From a virus: a stretch of 51,042 nucleotides of DNA. The number at the start of each line of letters is the position of its first letter. Position 1 is the stretch's first letter. The position numbers and the translations under genes are program-made. The stretch is from IMG/VR virus record IMGVR_UViG_3300017420_000001, positions 1 to 51,042 of that record; one strand, given 5' to 3'. The notes under the pieces were generated by a model. It saw nothing but the letters and a program-made list of their open reading frames with translations. It was not told where the DNA came from and ran no database searches. Of this stretch, positions 16,365 through 25,265 are shown piece after piece.

Positions 16365-16910
16365 TCAATCCGCTATACGCCAAGCGCGTCGGATAATCTC
16401 GACCCCCCGACTTAGCATCGTTTCCACCGTAGAGGTGGCCACGCCCCTTGCTTTCGCTATCTCGCTAGGAAAGTCAAGCGTTGTTGCGAGCCGCATGGTG
16501 TTTTTCATTGCATCCGATACCGGGCGCCCGCTAGGCTTTGTCATACTCTCAATTGCGCTCGATAATGCCGCCCGCATGACCGCACCCTCCTGACCGCCAT
16601 CGGCTTCGAGTTCGGGGGATGCGCTTTCTTCTACCTCGATCGGTCCCGGCATCCGCGCTTTGGCGCCATCCTGGCGAATATAGCGAACCGGGTTGCAGCG
16701 ATGCCACCACGATCGCTTTAGCGTGCGCACCAGCCACCCCCAAACGCCGAACGATAAGTCGATGCCCTCACGCCCACGCCACAACGCCAACCATGCATCC
16801 TGGGCTATATCTTCGGCGTCGGCGCTACCATTTGTCAATCGAGCGGAAACCGCAGCCAACGCGGACGCGTGGCGGCGGTAAGCGGCGTCAAAGGCAATTG
16901 CGTCGAGCAT
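16365..16910 (-). CDS. ECF-type sigma-70 family sigma factor
   Basis: 181 aa. Region 2 is DAEDIAQDAWLALWRG. Region 4.2 HTH is SEIAKARGVATSTVETMLSRGVEIIRRA. Confidence 0.8.
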   Translation of the reverse strand: MLDAIAFDAAYRRHASALAAVSARLTNGSADAEDIAQDAWLALWRGREGIDLSFGVWGWLVRTLKRSWWHRCNPVRYIRQDGAKARMPGPIEVEESASPELEADGGQEGAVMRAALSSAIESMTKPSGRPVSDAMKNTMRLATTLDFPSEIAKARGVATSTVETMLSRGVEIIRRAWRIAD

Positions 16911-17251
16911 TAGAACGGCACATCCCCGCCCACCACGGGCTTAGCATACTCGACCGCCACTTGATCGCAAATGGTGGTGTACGCCCATGACAGCCATTCG
17001 AGCAAATCCTCGTCGCTCGGCTGCGCTTCGAACATGGCTCGCGTGTCCGCAAGATGCGGGCGCATCGCGTTCTCGACCGCCTCCAATTCCGTTTGATTTA
17101 TAATCATATCGCCCTTCCGATCATGTATGGCGTCGAGGCATCGCATTGAGCAAGCAGGATGCATCGGACCTCGCGTTACGGGGTCTTGCCATCCGAACCC
17201 TCGCGGAGCGCGCCCGCAATGGCACATTACTTTAGATTGTTTAGATGCCAT
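16910..17251 (-). CDS. Cys-rich hypothetical protein upstream of the sigma factor
   Basis: 113 aa with CHCG...HPACSMRC, a possible Zn site. Its stop overlaps the sigma-factor ATG. Confidence 0.5.
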   Translation of the reverse strand: MASKQSKVMCHCGRAPRGFGWQDPVTRGPMHPACSMRCLDAIHDRKGDMIINQTELEAVENAMRPHLADTRAMFEAQPSDEDLLEWLSWAYTTICDQVAVEYAKPVVGGDVPF

Positions 17252-17589
17252 TGCTCAAACAAATCTAGCTTCTTGTCGGTTCGCTCGCGTATAGCAGGCG
17301 CATCGAGACAGCATTGCTGAATTACAAACTCAATGGCAGCGCTCAGGTCCGCAAGCTCTTTTTGCAATTCATCTTTGAGATTAGTACCATCCCAATGATC
17401 TACAACGCCGCTTGACCCTAGCAATTTTCCGCAGACTTGCGTAACCTCGCCAGCCTCTTCAATTAGCTTGGAAATACCCGGCCACATTCTAGAGCCAATT
17501 CCAAAATCACCCGAGCCAATGCGATCAGCTCCAGTTGCCTTGCGCAGTTCGTCAATCGTCATTCCGACGTATTTCAAGCCTTCGCTCAC
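17227..17589 (-). CDS. mazG: MazG-like all-alpha nucleoside triphosphate pyrophosphohydrolase
   Basis: 120 aa with LIEEAGEV and ELADL acidic motifs spaced as in MazG/dimeric dUTPase-like NTP-PPases. Visibly AT-richer. Confidence 0.65.
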   Translation of the reverse strand: MSEGLKYVGMTIDELRKATGADRIGSGDFGIGSRMWPGISKLIEEAGEVTQVCGKLLGSSGVVDHWDGTNLKDELQKELADLSAAIEFVIQQCCLDAPAIRERTDKKLDLFEQWHLNNLK

Positions 17590-19172
17590 GCCACTCTCCT
17601 CTCTCTATCCTCGAAATCATATCCGATCACGCGCACGTACTTGCCCTCGGGCCGCACCTGGATCGCGCTAGGCGTCCTTAGCATGGCCCGCCGCTCGAAT
17701 GCAAGCGCGGTCGTTGCGGGCAGCGGGTTTGGCCCGCGCGCCGTCCACCACGCTTCCGCCTTGCGCCGTGCGTAGCCTGTGTGGTCGAAACATATCCACT
17801 CGCTATGAAACACCATGCCGCAACGGTAGGTCGCTTTCAGGCTGTCGGGGGAACCCGCCTTGCGGTGGATGGTGTAGGTTGCTTCAGATACGGCAAGCCA
17901 TTGCGGTTCGATATCGGTTGACAGGATAGCACCCTTTCCCGCCACCGCCTGAAACGTGGGCGGGGTTTCGGGAAACGCGGCTCCGCAATCGGGACACGTT
18001 CGCGCGCTGGCGTGAACCTTGCTCCCACATTCCTCGCACGTCTTAACCGGCGCCTCGCCCGCGCCGCCTTGGCCTTTTGGCTTAGGCTTGATGAGGTCGA
18101 TCGGGCCATGCTCGTCCACATTACGGGCGAAGTCGAGCACCACGCCCACATCCTTGCCCGGTGATAGCCGCATGAGCCGCCCCAATTTCTGGACATGCAG
18201 TGCGGGTGATTTGGTGGGCGCCAAGTCGCCGATCATGCGCAACTCGGGAATGTCAACGCCTGTTGTCAATGTCCCGCAATTGGATAGGTAATCCAACCTT
18301 CCGGCACGTAATTCATTAATCCATCCATCGCGTTGCGTTTCTGGGGTATCGCCGTGGATGACTTTGCACGAATAGCCTTGCGCCTGTATTTCCTCCATAA
18401 TGTGAAATGCGTGCTGCACGCCCGTTGCGAATAGCAAACCGGGGCGCATGTCGAGCGAAACGATTTCATCGACGCACGCCCGCGTAACTTCATCGCGGTC
18501 AACTGCCCGCGCCAAGTCGCCCGCGATAAACTCGCCTCCCCGTACCTTCACGCCTGACGTGTCGAGTTCCTGTCCCGTGCGGCGGGTTGTGATCGGGCAC
18601 AGATAGCCACCCTCTAGCAACTCGGGAATGGTGGTTTCGTGGCAACAATCGGTAAACAGGCTTTCCGGCTGCCCGTAAATCATGCCGCTGTCAAGACGCC
18701 AAGGGCTCGCGGTCAACCCTGCCAGCCGCATATGCGGATTGATCGTCCGCATGTCGGCTAGGAACCGGCGGTAGCGCGTGGTGTCTTTGGGGCTGATAAG
18801 GTGGCATTCATCGATTAGAATGATATCGTTTGCTTGCCGTTTGTATGCGTGTTTCCAAATCGACTGAATGCCAGCGAACAGCACCTGCGCGCCGATCCGC
18901 TTTTGCCCGATGCTGGCGCTGTAGAACCCAATGGGCGCTTCGGGCCAAACCGCGCACAGCTTCTCCGCATTTTGCTTCAGCAGCTTGGCAACGTGCGTCA
19001 GCACGATCACCCGCGTATCGGGATAGGCTTGGCATAGTTCCTTGATGAAAACCGCCAGCACAAGGCTCTTGCCCGCGCCGGTAGGCAAGATTTCCACCGG
19101 GTTGCCGTCGCTGTTCTCGAAATAGGCAAACAGGTCATCGACGGCGCGGCGTTGGTAGGGTCTTAGCTGCAT
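17586..19172 (-). CDS. Superfamily-2 DEAD/DEAH-box helicase with a C-terminal zinc ribbon
   Basis: I prefer the ATG at 19172 (MQLRPYQRRAV). Motifs: motif I PTGAGKS, motif II DECH, and CEECGSKVHASARTCPDCG. Confidence 0.85.
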   Translation of the reverse strand: MQLRPYQRRAVDDLFAYFENSDGNPVEILPTGAGKSLVLAVFIKELCQAYPDTRVIVLTHVAKLLKQNAEKLCAVWPEAPIGFYSASIGQKRIGAQVLFAGIQSIWKHAYKRQANDIILIDECHLISPKDTTRYRRFLADMRTINPHMRLAGLTASPWRLDSGMIYGQPESLFTDCCHETTIPELLEGGYLCPITTRRTGQELDTSGVKVRGGEFIAGDLARAVDRDEVTRACVDEIVSLDMRPGLLFATGVQHAFHIMEEIQAQGYSCKVIHGDTPETQRDGWINELRAGRLDYLSNCGTLTTGVDIPELRMIGDLAPTKSPALHVQKLGRLMRLSPGKDVGVVLDFARNVDEHGPIDLIKPKPKGQGGAGEAPVKTCEECGSKVHASARTCPDCGAAFPETPPTFQAVAGKGAILSTDIEPQWLAVSEATYTIHRKAGSPDSLKATYRCGMVFHSEWICFDHTGYARRKAEAWWTARGPNPLPATTALAFERRAMLRTPSAIQVRPEGKYVRVIGYDFEDRERRVA

Positions 19173-19660
19173 GGTGCCACCCAAGGCATTATTGGCTCGA
19201 CATAGGCAAGCATCAGCGGATGACGGGGATGGCCGCACTTAGCAGGCGCGCCAATCGACAGCGGATGATGCCCCAGCGAGCCCGCCATGCAGGCAACGTG
19301 CCGCCAGCGATTGCGGAGTGCGCGGGGCTGTTTGGACACCGGCCCCCAGGCAAACACGACGCGATCGGCATCCTGCATGATGATGTTTAGGTGATGATCG
19401 GTCAGTGGACCTACTGGATCGACCGCCTTTGCGAGTTCGCGCACGTCGGTCGCGCGATAGGCGAACAGATTGCCGACGATAATGCGGCCCCAGCCGTTGC
19501 GGGCGCCAAAGCCACGCAGCTTACGAATTGTGGGATCATCTTGACCCGCATCGGCAGTTGACGGATTGACCATAATGACGGCGGTCGCCATGCTGTCGAA
19601 CATGTCGCCGCGCTCCAGCCGATAGCGGTAGAGCCCGCATTCGGAGATAATAGCGCTCAT
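19163..19660 (-). CDS. DUF1643 family protein
   Basis: I prefer the ATG at 19660 with a GGAGGGAG RBS. CGLYRYRL...MVNPSTAD...DPTIRK...GNLFAYRATD matches the DUF1643 pattern. Confidence 0.7.
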   Translation of the reverse strand: MSAIISECGLYRYRLERGDMFDSMATAVIMVNPSTADAGQDDPTIRKLRGFGARNGWGRIIVGNLFAYRATDVRELAKAVDPVGPLTDHHLNIIMQDADRVVFAWGPVSKQPRALRNRWRHVACMAGSLGHHPLSIGAPAKCGHPRHPLMLAYVEPIMPWVAPCS

Positions 19661-19741
19661 CGAAACTCCCTCCAAATTAAAACTACGTTGCCCACAAAGA
19701 ACAGCGCGCTTCCGACCGCAAAAAGTATTGCTGGCATTGCG

Positions 19742-20674
19742 CTACATAGCTTTCCCACAATCGACATACTCGCCTCCATTCTTCATCCGATAAACCACGG
19801 CGCCATCCGAGCGCACGTCGGTCTGTTGCATATTCAACATCGACGGGTTGTACCGATGTTCCTCGCACGGCACAAGCGGCTTTCCACGCTCGCATACCCA
19901 GCCTCGCCCATCGCGGTGCGGCGTAATATGGACGCACGATCGACACTCGCGGTTTGGCAGCGCCTCGCCGTGGCAGATATCCGCAAAGTCACAAAACCGG
20001 CACCCGAACGACGTGGGCGTGTCGGCAATGCGCGGCGGGGCGCTTTCGCTGAATATGATCCGTTCGGCCTTGGCCCGTAGCTTCATAGCGTACACAGGAT
20101 CGTAATCGGTGCGGCAGCTAGTCCACTCCCGCGCCCCAGGCGAGGCCGCTACCATGTAATGCCGGTCAAAGCCGGTGTAATGCATGTATAGCTGCGCCTG
20201 TCCGTAATAGACGGGGTTCCACTCTAGTAGGCCGTTCTTCTCGCCAACCTTGGCCACGGCCTTTCCGAGGTCCGCCCACTTCGCCGACGCTTTCACCTCG
20301 CCCACATGCCACTTGGTCGGCGCCTGGATCAAGCCTTGGCACAAGCCATCGTAGAAGCCCTTGAACATGCCGCCAAAGTCGCTGAACCCGTACTGCCAGT
20401 TCGTCTCGGGGTCTATGTCCAGCCACGTAATTGCCAACCGCAGCCGCCTGATGACCGCCGCCTCGACCGCGTGCCCGTCCTCAAAACGCTTTAGCGCAGC
20501 CGCATCGAACACGGGCATCCGAACGTGCCGCAGTTTGTACCACGATTGCCGCTCGCACGGGCCATTAACCCAACTAGCGCCCAAGCTGTTTGAATATCGA
20601 TTTTTTGCAGCAGCGACCAAAGCCGCATCCGCAGCGGCAAGGGTCAGGTCTCCCATGTCAGGCAGCTTTACCAT
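19742..20674 (-). CDS. PD-(D/E)xK exonuclease with a Cas4/AddB-type Fe-S cysteine cluster
   Basis: 310 aa with GEVK and an N-terminal Cys plus CRFCDFADIC (CxxCx5C). Sits in the recombination module. Confidence 0.7.
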   Translation of the reverse strand: MVKLPDMGDLTLAAADAALVAAAKNRYSNSLGASWVNGPCERQSWYKLRHVRMPVFDAAALKRFEDGHAVEAAVIRRLRLAITWLDIDPETNWQYGFSDFGGMFKGFYDGLCQGLIQAPTKWHVGEVKASAKWADLGKAVAKVGEKNGLLEWNPVYYGQAQLYMHYTGFDRHYMVAASPGAREWTSCRTDYDPVYAMKLRAKAERIIFSESAPPRIADTPTSFGCRFCDFADICHGEALPNRECRSCVHITPHRDGRGWVCERGKPLVPCEEHRYNPSMLNMQQTDVRSDGAVVYRMKNGGEYVDCGKAM

Positions 20675-20682
20675 ACAATCTC

Positions 20683-21291
20683 CTATAGCAGCCTACCGTT
20701 TTCTCTAGCCCAGTCAATAGGGTCTTTAGCGTGTTTTCTATGATTGCAGTCGGAACACAAAAGTTGAATGTTGCTAGGCCAGTTAGTCCCGCCTTTAGAA
20801 AGCGGCATAATATGGTCAACGTGATAGTTGGCAGCTATGTCAATTAGACAATTTGTGCATTTCCATTTTTGCAAACTGCCAATGCTCGCAACATCCTCTT
20901 TCGTAAAATGACCTTTAGCCATTCGCCTTTTGTTATTAGATGCGGCTTGCGTAGCTTTGCGTTTTGCTTTATTATTTTCCCTATATGCCTTAGCGTCATC
21001 GCGTCTTTTTTGTTTATTCTTTTGATATGCAATTTTCTTTTTAGATCGTATAGACTGTTTATTTTTCTGTTTGTATTCCAAACCATAAGCAGCTAACTTT
21101 TCTTTGTTCTGTTGCCTGTAAGAAACTATACGTTCTGTGTTGCATTGACTGCATTGCCCGTGAGGGGCATGTCGTTCGCTTATATGTCCTTGAGGGCAGA
21201 TAGCGCCATTAAAGTATCGTTTGAGGCCGTGCTTAATTGCATATTCCCTAGTGACAATAGGTCCGTCATACGATACATAAGGCTTAGCCAA
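20683..21291 (-). CDS. HNH endonuclease (homing-type insertion)
   Basis: 202 aa with HVDHIMPLSKGGTNWPSNIQLLCSDCNHRKH and a K/R/N-rich middle. Strikingly AT-rich compared with its flanks. Confidence 0.85.
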   Translation of the reverse strand: MAKPYVSYDGPIVTREYAIKHGLKRYFNGAICPQGHISERHAPHGQCSQCNTERIVSYRQQNKEKLAAYGLEYKQKNKQSIRSKKKIAYQKNKQKRRDDAKAYRENNKAKRKATQAASNNKRRMAKGHFTKEDVASIGSLQKWKCTNCLIDIAANYHVDHIMPLSKGGTNWPSNIQLLCSDCNHRKHAKDPIDWARENGRLL

Positions 21292-21383
21292 GGCGCACTC
21301 CTAATGCGTTGCGGTTAGGGCTGGTGTTGAGCGGATCGCCAAAAACGCTCCACCGGCCCGCACTTTATCGCACAAACAGGCGT

Positions 21384-21424
21384 AAAAAACAAGGGCCGCA
21401 ACCATAACTGGCGCGGCCCTTTTG
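21384..21424. terminator. Bidirectional rho-independent terminator
   Basis: 9-bp stem aagggccgc / gcggccctt (21391-21399 / 21413-21421), flanked by an A6 run (21384-21389) and a T run (21420-21423). Confidence 0.7.
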
Positions 21425-21443
21425 ATCGGGGCTAAACTATGTG

Positions 21444-22013
21444 CTACCCCTCGACCTTCTCGTAATCCTTCAGTTTAAAAAACTGGACCGGATCACCGTT
21501 TTCGTCACACCACTTTCCGGTTTCAGGGTCTTTATAAGCCTTAGGCTTGCCGCCACCCGATGATGGCGCGGGCGATGCGGGAGCGCCGCTATCAGCCTTG
21601 GCGAGCGTAGCGCCACCAGCCGCAGGCTTGTAGCCCGCAAGCTGGTTGCCCGGCCCATACTGCCCCTTGGCGGGTGTCACCTTCATCTTGCCGATGAAAG
21701 GCAGCATGTGGAGTTCTTCGCTATCAGCAATTGCCAGCTTGCCCACCGCCGTGCAAAGCTGCGCGAGGCTTCGCTGCGCGATCTCGACCGCCTGGGGGTT
21801 CTTATTGACTAGGTTGAACCGCTCCCAATGCTTGCGACCCGCGCTAGGGCCATCGGTAATGTCCATTTCCAGCACAAGCATCTGGCCGGTGCCATCATTG
21901 GTGGCCTTCATCTCCGAGCCTATGACGCGCATCGGATACTCACCCGCCGGGATGGGCGCGAAGTCGTTATCAGCAGGCGGCGCGTCGGCGCTGTTGAACG
22001 TCATTGCAACCAT
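21444..22013 (-). CDS. DUF669-type ssDNA-binding protein (partner of the Sak4-like ATPase)
   Basis: 189 aa with FAPIPAGEYPMRVIGSEMKATNDGTGQMLVLEMDITDGPSAGRKHWERFNL and a low-complexity acidic tail. Confidence 0.65.
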   Translation of the reverse strand: MVAMTFNSADAPPADNDFAPIPAGEYPMRVIGSEMKATNDGTGQMLVLEMDITDGPSAGRKHWERFNLVNKNPQAVEIAQRSLAQLCTAVGKLAIADSEELHMLPFIGKMKVTPAKGQYGPGNQLAGYKPAAGGATLAKADSGAPASPAPSSGGGKPKAYKDPETGKWCDENGDPVQFFKLKDYEKVEG

Positions 22014-22016
22014 GTG

Positions 22017-22199
22017 TTATGCTCCTTCAAAAATTGCAAAAGTTCGGTCAAATACTTTTAGTTCATGACGCCAGTAGGACAAATCAGCATCATTGTCGGG
22101 CAAGCCGGTAGGATTTTTGCTTTCTGCAATAATTACCATTCCCTCAATTGCACTTCGCCACGCCGATTTGTGGGTGATTAGGTCATTAAGATCAATCAT
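22017..22199 (-). CDS. Small hypothetical protein
   Basis: I prefer the ATG at 22199 (MIDLNDLITH...), which overlaps the Sak4-like stop as ATGA. Confidence 0.45.
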   Translation of the reverse strand: MIDLNDLITHKSAWRSAIEGMVIIAESKNPTGLPDNDADLSYWRHELKVFDRTFAIFEGA

Positions 22200-22948
22200 G
22201 CAAAATATCCTTCCGGAAACGCCGCTGCATACGGCTCCCAATCGAACGGCTTCTGCAACACAACCTTGGGCGGTAGGTCATGCCTATTCTTGGCGTCAAA
22301 GGCGGGGCGCTTTTCAGCATATACCGACCGAGTTCCGGCACCCTTGCCAATGACCCGCTTCTGCATGCCTTCCTTGAGTTCCGACGTGGCGGTATCAAAG
22401 TTAGCGAAAAGGATCATATCGGCCTTTTCCTCGAAAAACGATCGCGCACGCTTGTGCATTTTCATTTCCCATCGGTCATAGGCCGCGCCTTCGGGGTCCT
22501 CAAAGCGAACCTTGACGCTGTGAGCAGTCATTGCGACGACCATATCCATGTCATAGGCTGCGCTCTCAATGTATTCCCAAATCTCGCGCCATACGTTGTC
22601 GGCTTCGATATATCCTCGTCCATATCCAGGCTGTTCGATCGAGGACCAACCATTGCGGCGGCACGCTTCTGCCCATACAAGCGGTTCGGCGTGGTCCAGA
22701 CTATCCGCGAGGATGGTCTTAAACTTGCCACTTTCGACGGCAACGCCAAACGCCTCCTTCAATTCGGCAAAATTGTTGATGCGCCAGCTAGGCACTTCAT
22801 TCTTGCCCTTGCCGCGCTCGGTCTGTAGCATGACCGGGCTAGGCAACGATGCAAGCATGGTAGTCTTACCCACGCCGGGCGGACCATGAACGATCATTAC
22901 ATGGGCGGGATCGCCCGCGTGATTTAGACTGTCTAGGCTAATTGCCAT
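22196..22948 (-). CDS. Sak4-like RecA-fold ATPase (AAA_24), ssDNA annealing/recombination
   Basis: 250 aa with Walker A HGPPGVGKTT and synteny with the DUF669 gene. Confidence 0.75.
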   Translation of the reverse strand: MAISLDSLNHAGDPAHVMIVHGPPGVGKTTMLASLPSPVMLQTERGKGKNEVPSWRINNFAELKEAFGVAVESGKFKTILADSLDHAEPLVWAEACRRNGWSSIEQPGYGRGYIEADNVWREIWEYIESAAYDMDMVVAMTAHSVKVRFEDPEGAAYDRWEMKMHKRARSFFEEKADMILFANFDTATSELKEGMQKRVIGKGAGTRSVYAEKRPAFDAKNRHDLPPKVVLQKPFDWEPYAAAFPEGYFA

Positions 22949-23376
22949 TAAATCCTTCCTCCATCTTGTTTGCGAAACTCAAACTTTGGTTTTCCCATCT
23001 TGACCGTCCGCGCCGCGTCGAGCTGTTCGCGAATGCGATCGGGCGCGGCATTGTAGCGGCTTTCCGCAACCTTTGGCGTCCAATCCATCCACTCTAGCAG
23101 CGTGTCATCGCCCGCCATATCATTGAGGGCATCCGCGTCCCAAGATACAGTCTTGGGGACCGTCACCTTAACGTCGAACCCGCCGTCGTCGCGGTGGCTG
23201 GTGCCCGGCGCATTCTGCCCGCCATAGCGCGCTTCCAGCGCCTTGTCGAGTACCGTGCCGATCCGCTTGTGACGGGTGGTAAGCGCGGCATATTCCTCGA
23301 CTAGCGCTGCCAGCACCTCAACGGGCTGTGCTGCCACGTCGGTGGCCTTGGCGTCGTAAAGTTCTCCTAGGTTCAC
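22948..23376 (-). CDS. Hypothetical protein of the recombination module
   Basis: 142 aa with a GTG start and a GGAGG RBS 8 nt upstream. Its stop overlaps the Sak4-like ATG. Confidence 0.55.
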   Translation of the reverse strand: MNLGELYDAKATDVAAQPVEVLAALVEEYAALTTRHKRIGTVLDKALEARYGGQNAPGTSHRDDGGFDVKVTVPKTVSWDADALNDMAGDDTLLEWMDWTPKVAESRYNAAPDRIREQLDAARTVKMGKPKFEFRKQDGGRI

Positions 23377-23497
23377 TTATGTGACCTCCGATCAAGAGAA
23401 AGCACACAGATAACAACTGCGCCAGTTGTGTAAGCAGGCTCGCCGCTCCACACGCCAAGTGCGAAAAGGCAACCCCATCCAAGCCACGCTGAAAAAC

Positions 23498-23848
23498 TCA
23501 CTCCATTTCTCCTACTGTCACCACAACCTTCCCAGGCTTGCACGCATCCGCGTAGCTGTAGCTGGGAAGAAACCTTTTGTCATTGATACCAATGGCTTCG
23601 GCAATCCCATCGGCAATCGGCTTCACCCTGTTTGCAAAGTTTAGCCGGTCGCTGCGATTGTCGGGCGGCACGAAATGAAAGTGGATACGCACGTCGCCCG
23701 TGGGCGGCACCTCGCACCCGCCCGCCGCTTCCGTCGCCCGCTTCGCCCATCCTCGGAATTGCTTGGTGGTGGCAATCTTGCCCCACGTCCCATTTCCGTT
23801 GGCGTGGCCCGACAGGATGGCGGGCGGGAAGGGAAGTTCAATAATCAC
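23498..23848 (-). CDS. rusA: RusA-like Holliday junction resolvase
   Basis: 116 aa. LPFPPAILS..., VRIHFHFVPPDNRSDRLNF...PIADGIAEAIGINDKRF and VVVTVGEME align by eye with RusA. Spacing of the acidic residues is not perfectly conserved. Confidence 0.55.
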   Translation of the reverse strand: MIIELPFPPAILSGHANGNGTWGKIATTKQFRGWAKRATEAAGGCEVPPTGDVRIHFHFVPPDNRSDRLNFANRVKPIADGIAEAIGINDKRFLPSYSYADACKPGKVVVTVGEME

Positions 23849-24045
23849 TTGCCAGTTTCTACCTTAATTACGGCATAAAGCCAAGGCGGTAACGCAAGCC
23901 ATACAAAAATGAAAAATCCTCTTTCGAAGGGATGCCAAGCGGCAGGATCAAACCCCCAACTAATAAACGCCGTCCCTGCAAATACCATGGCCGTCCATGC
24001 TACAAAACACAAAACGACAATTTTGCCTTCAGTCATACCATCCAT
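23845..24045 (-). CDS. Small membrane protein (2 TM)
   Basis: 66 aa with two hydrophobic helices and 4-nt overlaps on both sides. Confidence 0.5.
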   Translation of the reverse strand: MDGMTEGKIVVLCFVAWTAMVFAGTAFISWGFDPAAWHPFERGFFIFVWLALPPWLYAVIKVETGK

Positions 24046-24623
24046 CCTTCCCGCCGAAAGCCCATGCGCTCGGCTTTACCGATCATTTCTGCCTCGCTTA
24101 GCACGGATCGCCCGACCTGCCAACCCGCGTCCCCATACACCTTGGCGCGGCTGAACACGTTCGGGAAACGCATGGACCGCAGGAACGCCGCAGCTTCGCC
24201 CGCGAGTGTACTATCACGCGGGGCCTCGGGCGCGCGCCAGAAAGCCGATAGCAACACGCCGCCCGCTAACGCTTGCTTGGGTTCGGGCTTGGCTTTCCAC
24301 GGGGCGGGCTTGCCAGCAACCACCGTAGCCGGACGAAACGGAGCAATTCCATGCTCCACCCGCAACCGACGCCACACGCTTTCCACGCTCCCGTGCTTAC
24401 GTTGCATCGCGTGATTGCTCAACACCCGCAAATCCGCAAGCTGTTCGGGCGTGGCCTCCATCGGCTTTGCTAGCCGCCTGATGCCAGCCGCACAACGGAT
24501 GCGGGTTACGGTGCCCTTGGCGAGCCCTAGCCGCTCGCCAATCTGCCAATCCGGCACGTTCTCGCGCGCCATGCTCGCTACCATCGCCCGCTGCTCGCCG
24601 GTAATGGGATTGCCCGCCGCCAT
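24033..24623 (-). CDS. HTH DNA-binding protein
   Basis: 196 aa. The N-terminus VPDWQIGERLGLAKGTVTRIR is a helix-turn-helix. Confidence 0.55.
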   Translation of the reverse strand: MAAGNPITGEQRAMVASMARENVPDWQIGERLGLAKGTVTRIRCAAGIRRLAKPMEATPEQLADLRVLSNHAMQRKHGSVESVWRRLRVEHGIAPFRPATVVAGKPAPWKAKPEPKQALAGGVLLSAFWRAPEAPRDSTLAGEAAAFLRSMRFPNVFSRAKVYGDAGWQVGRSVLSEAEMIGKAERMGFRREGWMV

Positions 24624-25072
24624 TACGAACGGGCCTCCACAATGCGCTGCGAAAAGAACAGCATCTTATCGGCGTCATAATCGGGATTGTAGTCCGCCTT
24701 CGCCTCGCCTTTGCGCGCAGCGCCGCGCCGCCAACATGCCTTGAACACGTTAAACTCGGACGGCGTCAAGCCAAGCGCCTCAGCAATATCAAGGCATTCA
24801 ATCATCGTGCCATCAGGGAGTGTCAGCTTGTAATAGTCGGATGATCCGCCGCCGGTTGGGACTTGGGCGGTGGGCGATGGCGTGACAATGGCATATTCAG
24901 TAATGTTTCGTGCGCCTTTATGCTGCCACCAATCTAATCCTTCCTTCCAATATTCGGCATTTTCCGTGCTGTCGTATTGCTCGCTTAGGCAGTCAACTTT
25001 GATAGCAACCTGAGTATCCCCCGGCACCGGCATCGGCCCGCCATCGTGCTTAATCCACTTTAGGTCGCTCAT
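24623..25072 (-). CDS. DUF3310-like phage protein
   Basis: I prefer the ATG at 25072 (MSDLKWIKHDGG), with a GGAGG RBS and an ATGA overlap. The C-terminal half SDYYKLTLPDGTMIECLDIAEALGL..FNVFKACWRRG resembles DUF3310. Confidence 0.5.
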   Translation of the reverse strand: MSDLKWIKHDGGPMPVPGDTQVAIKVDCLSEQYDSTENAEYWKEGLDWWQHKGARNITEYAIVTPSPTAQVPTGGGSSDYYKLTLPDGTMIECLDIAEALGLTPSEFNVFKACWRRGAARKGEAKADYNPDYDADKMLFFSQRIVEARS

Positions 25073-25263
25073 TTCCGCCTCCATTCGTTTTCGACTACCC
25101 GAGCCGCTTCGGTATCAGACCCAAGCGCCCTCTGCAACGAGAAAATAGCGCGGGGCGCATTGCCCGCCCGCATGGCTCGCACCGTTTCCCGCAAGTCCTC
25201 CTCGCGATGATGGCTTTCGTGATCGTCATCAACGCCGCGATGGGCGTAGCCTGTGTTTCCCAT
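25069..25263 (-). CDS. Small hypothetical protein
   Basis: I prefer the ATG at 25263 (MGNTGYAHRG...), with an AAGGAGGA RBS, 2 nt after the clamp stop. Confidence 0.5.
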   Translation of the reverse strand: MGNTGYAHRGVDDDHESHHREEDLRETVRAMRAGNAPRAIFSLQRALGSDTEAARVVENEWRRK

Positions 25264-25265
25264 GT

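Noticed and set aside
19683-19946. 87-aa minus-strand ORF between the nuclease and DUF1643 genes
   Set aside because: It overlaps the 3' end of the Cas4-like nuclease gene by about 200 nt in another frame. It has no RBS and a Trp/Arg-rich composition.
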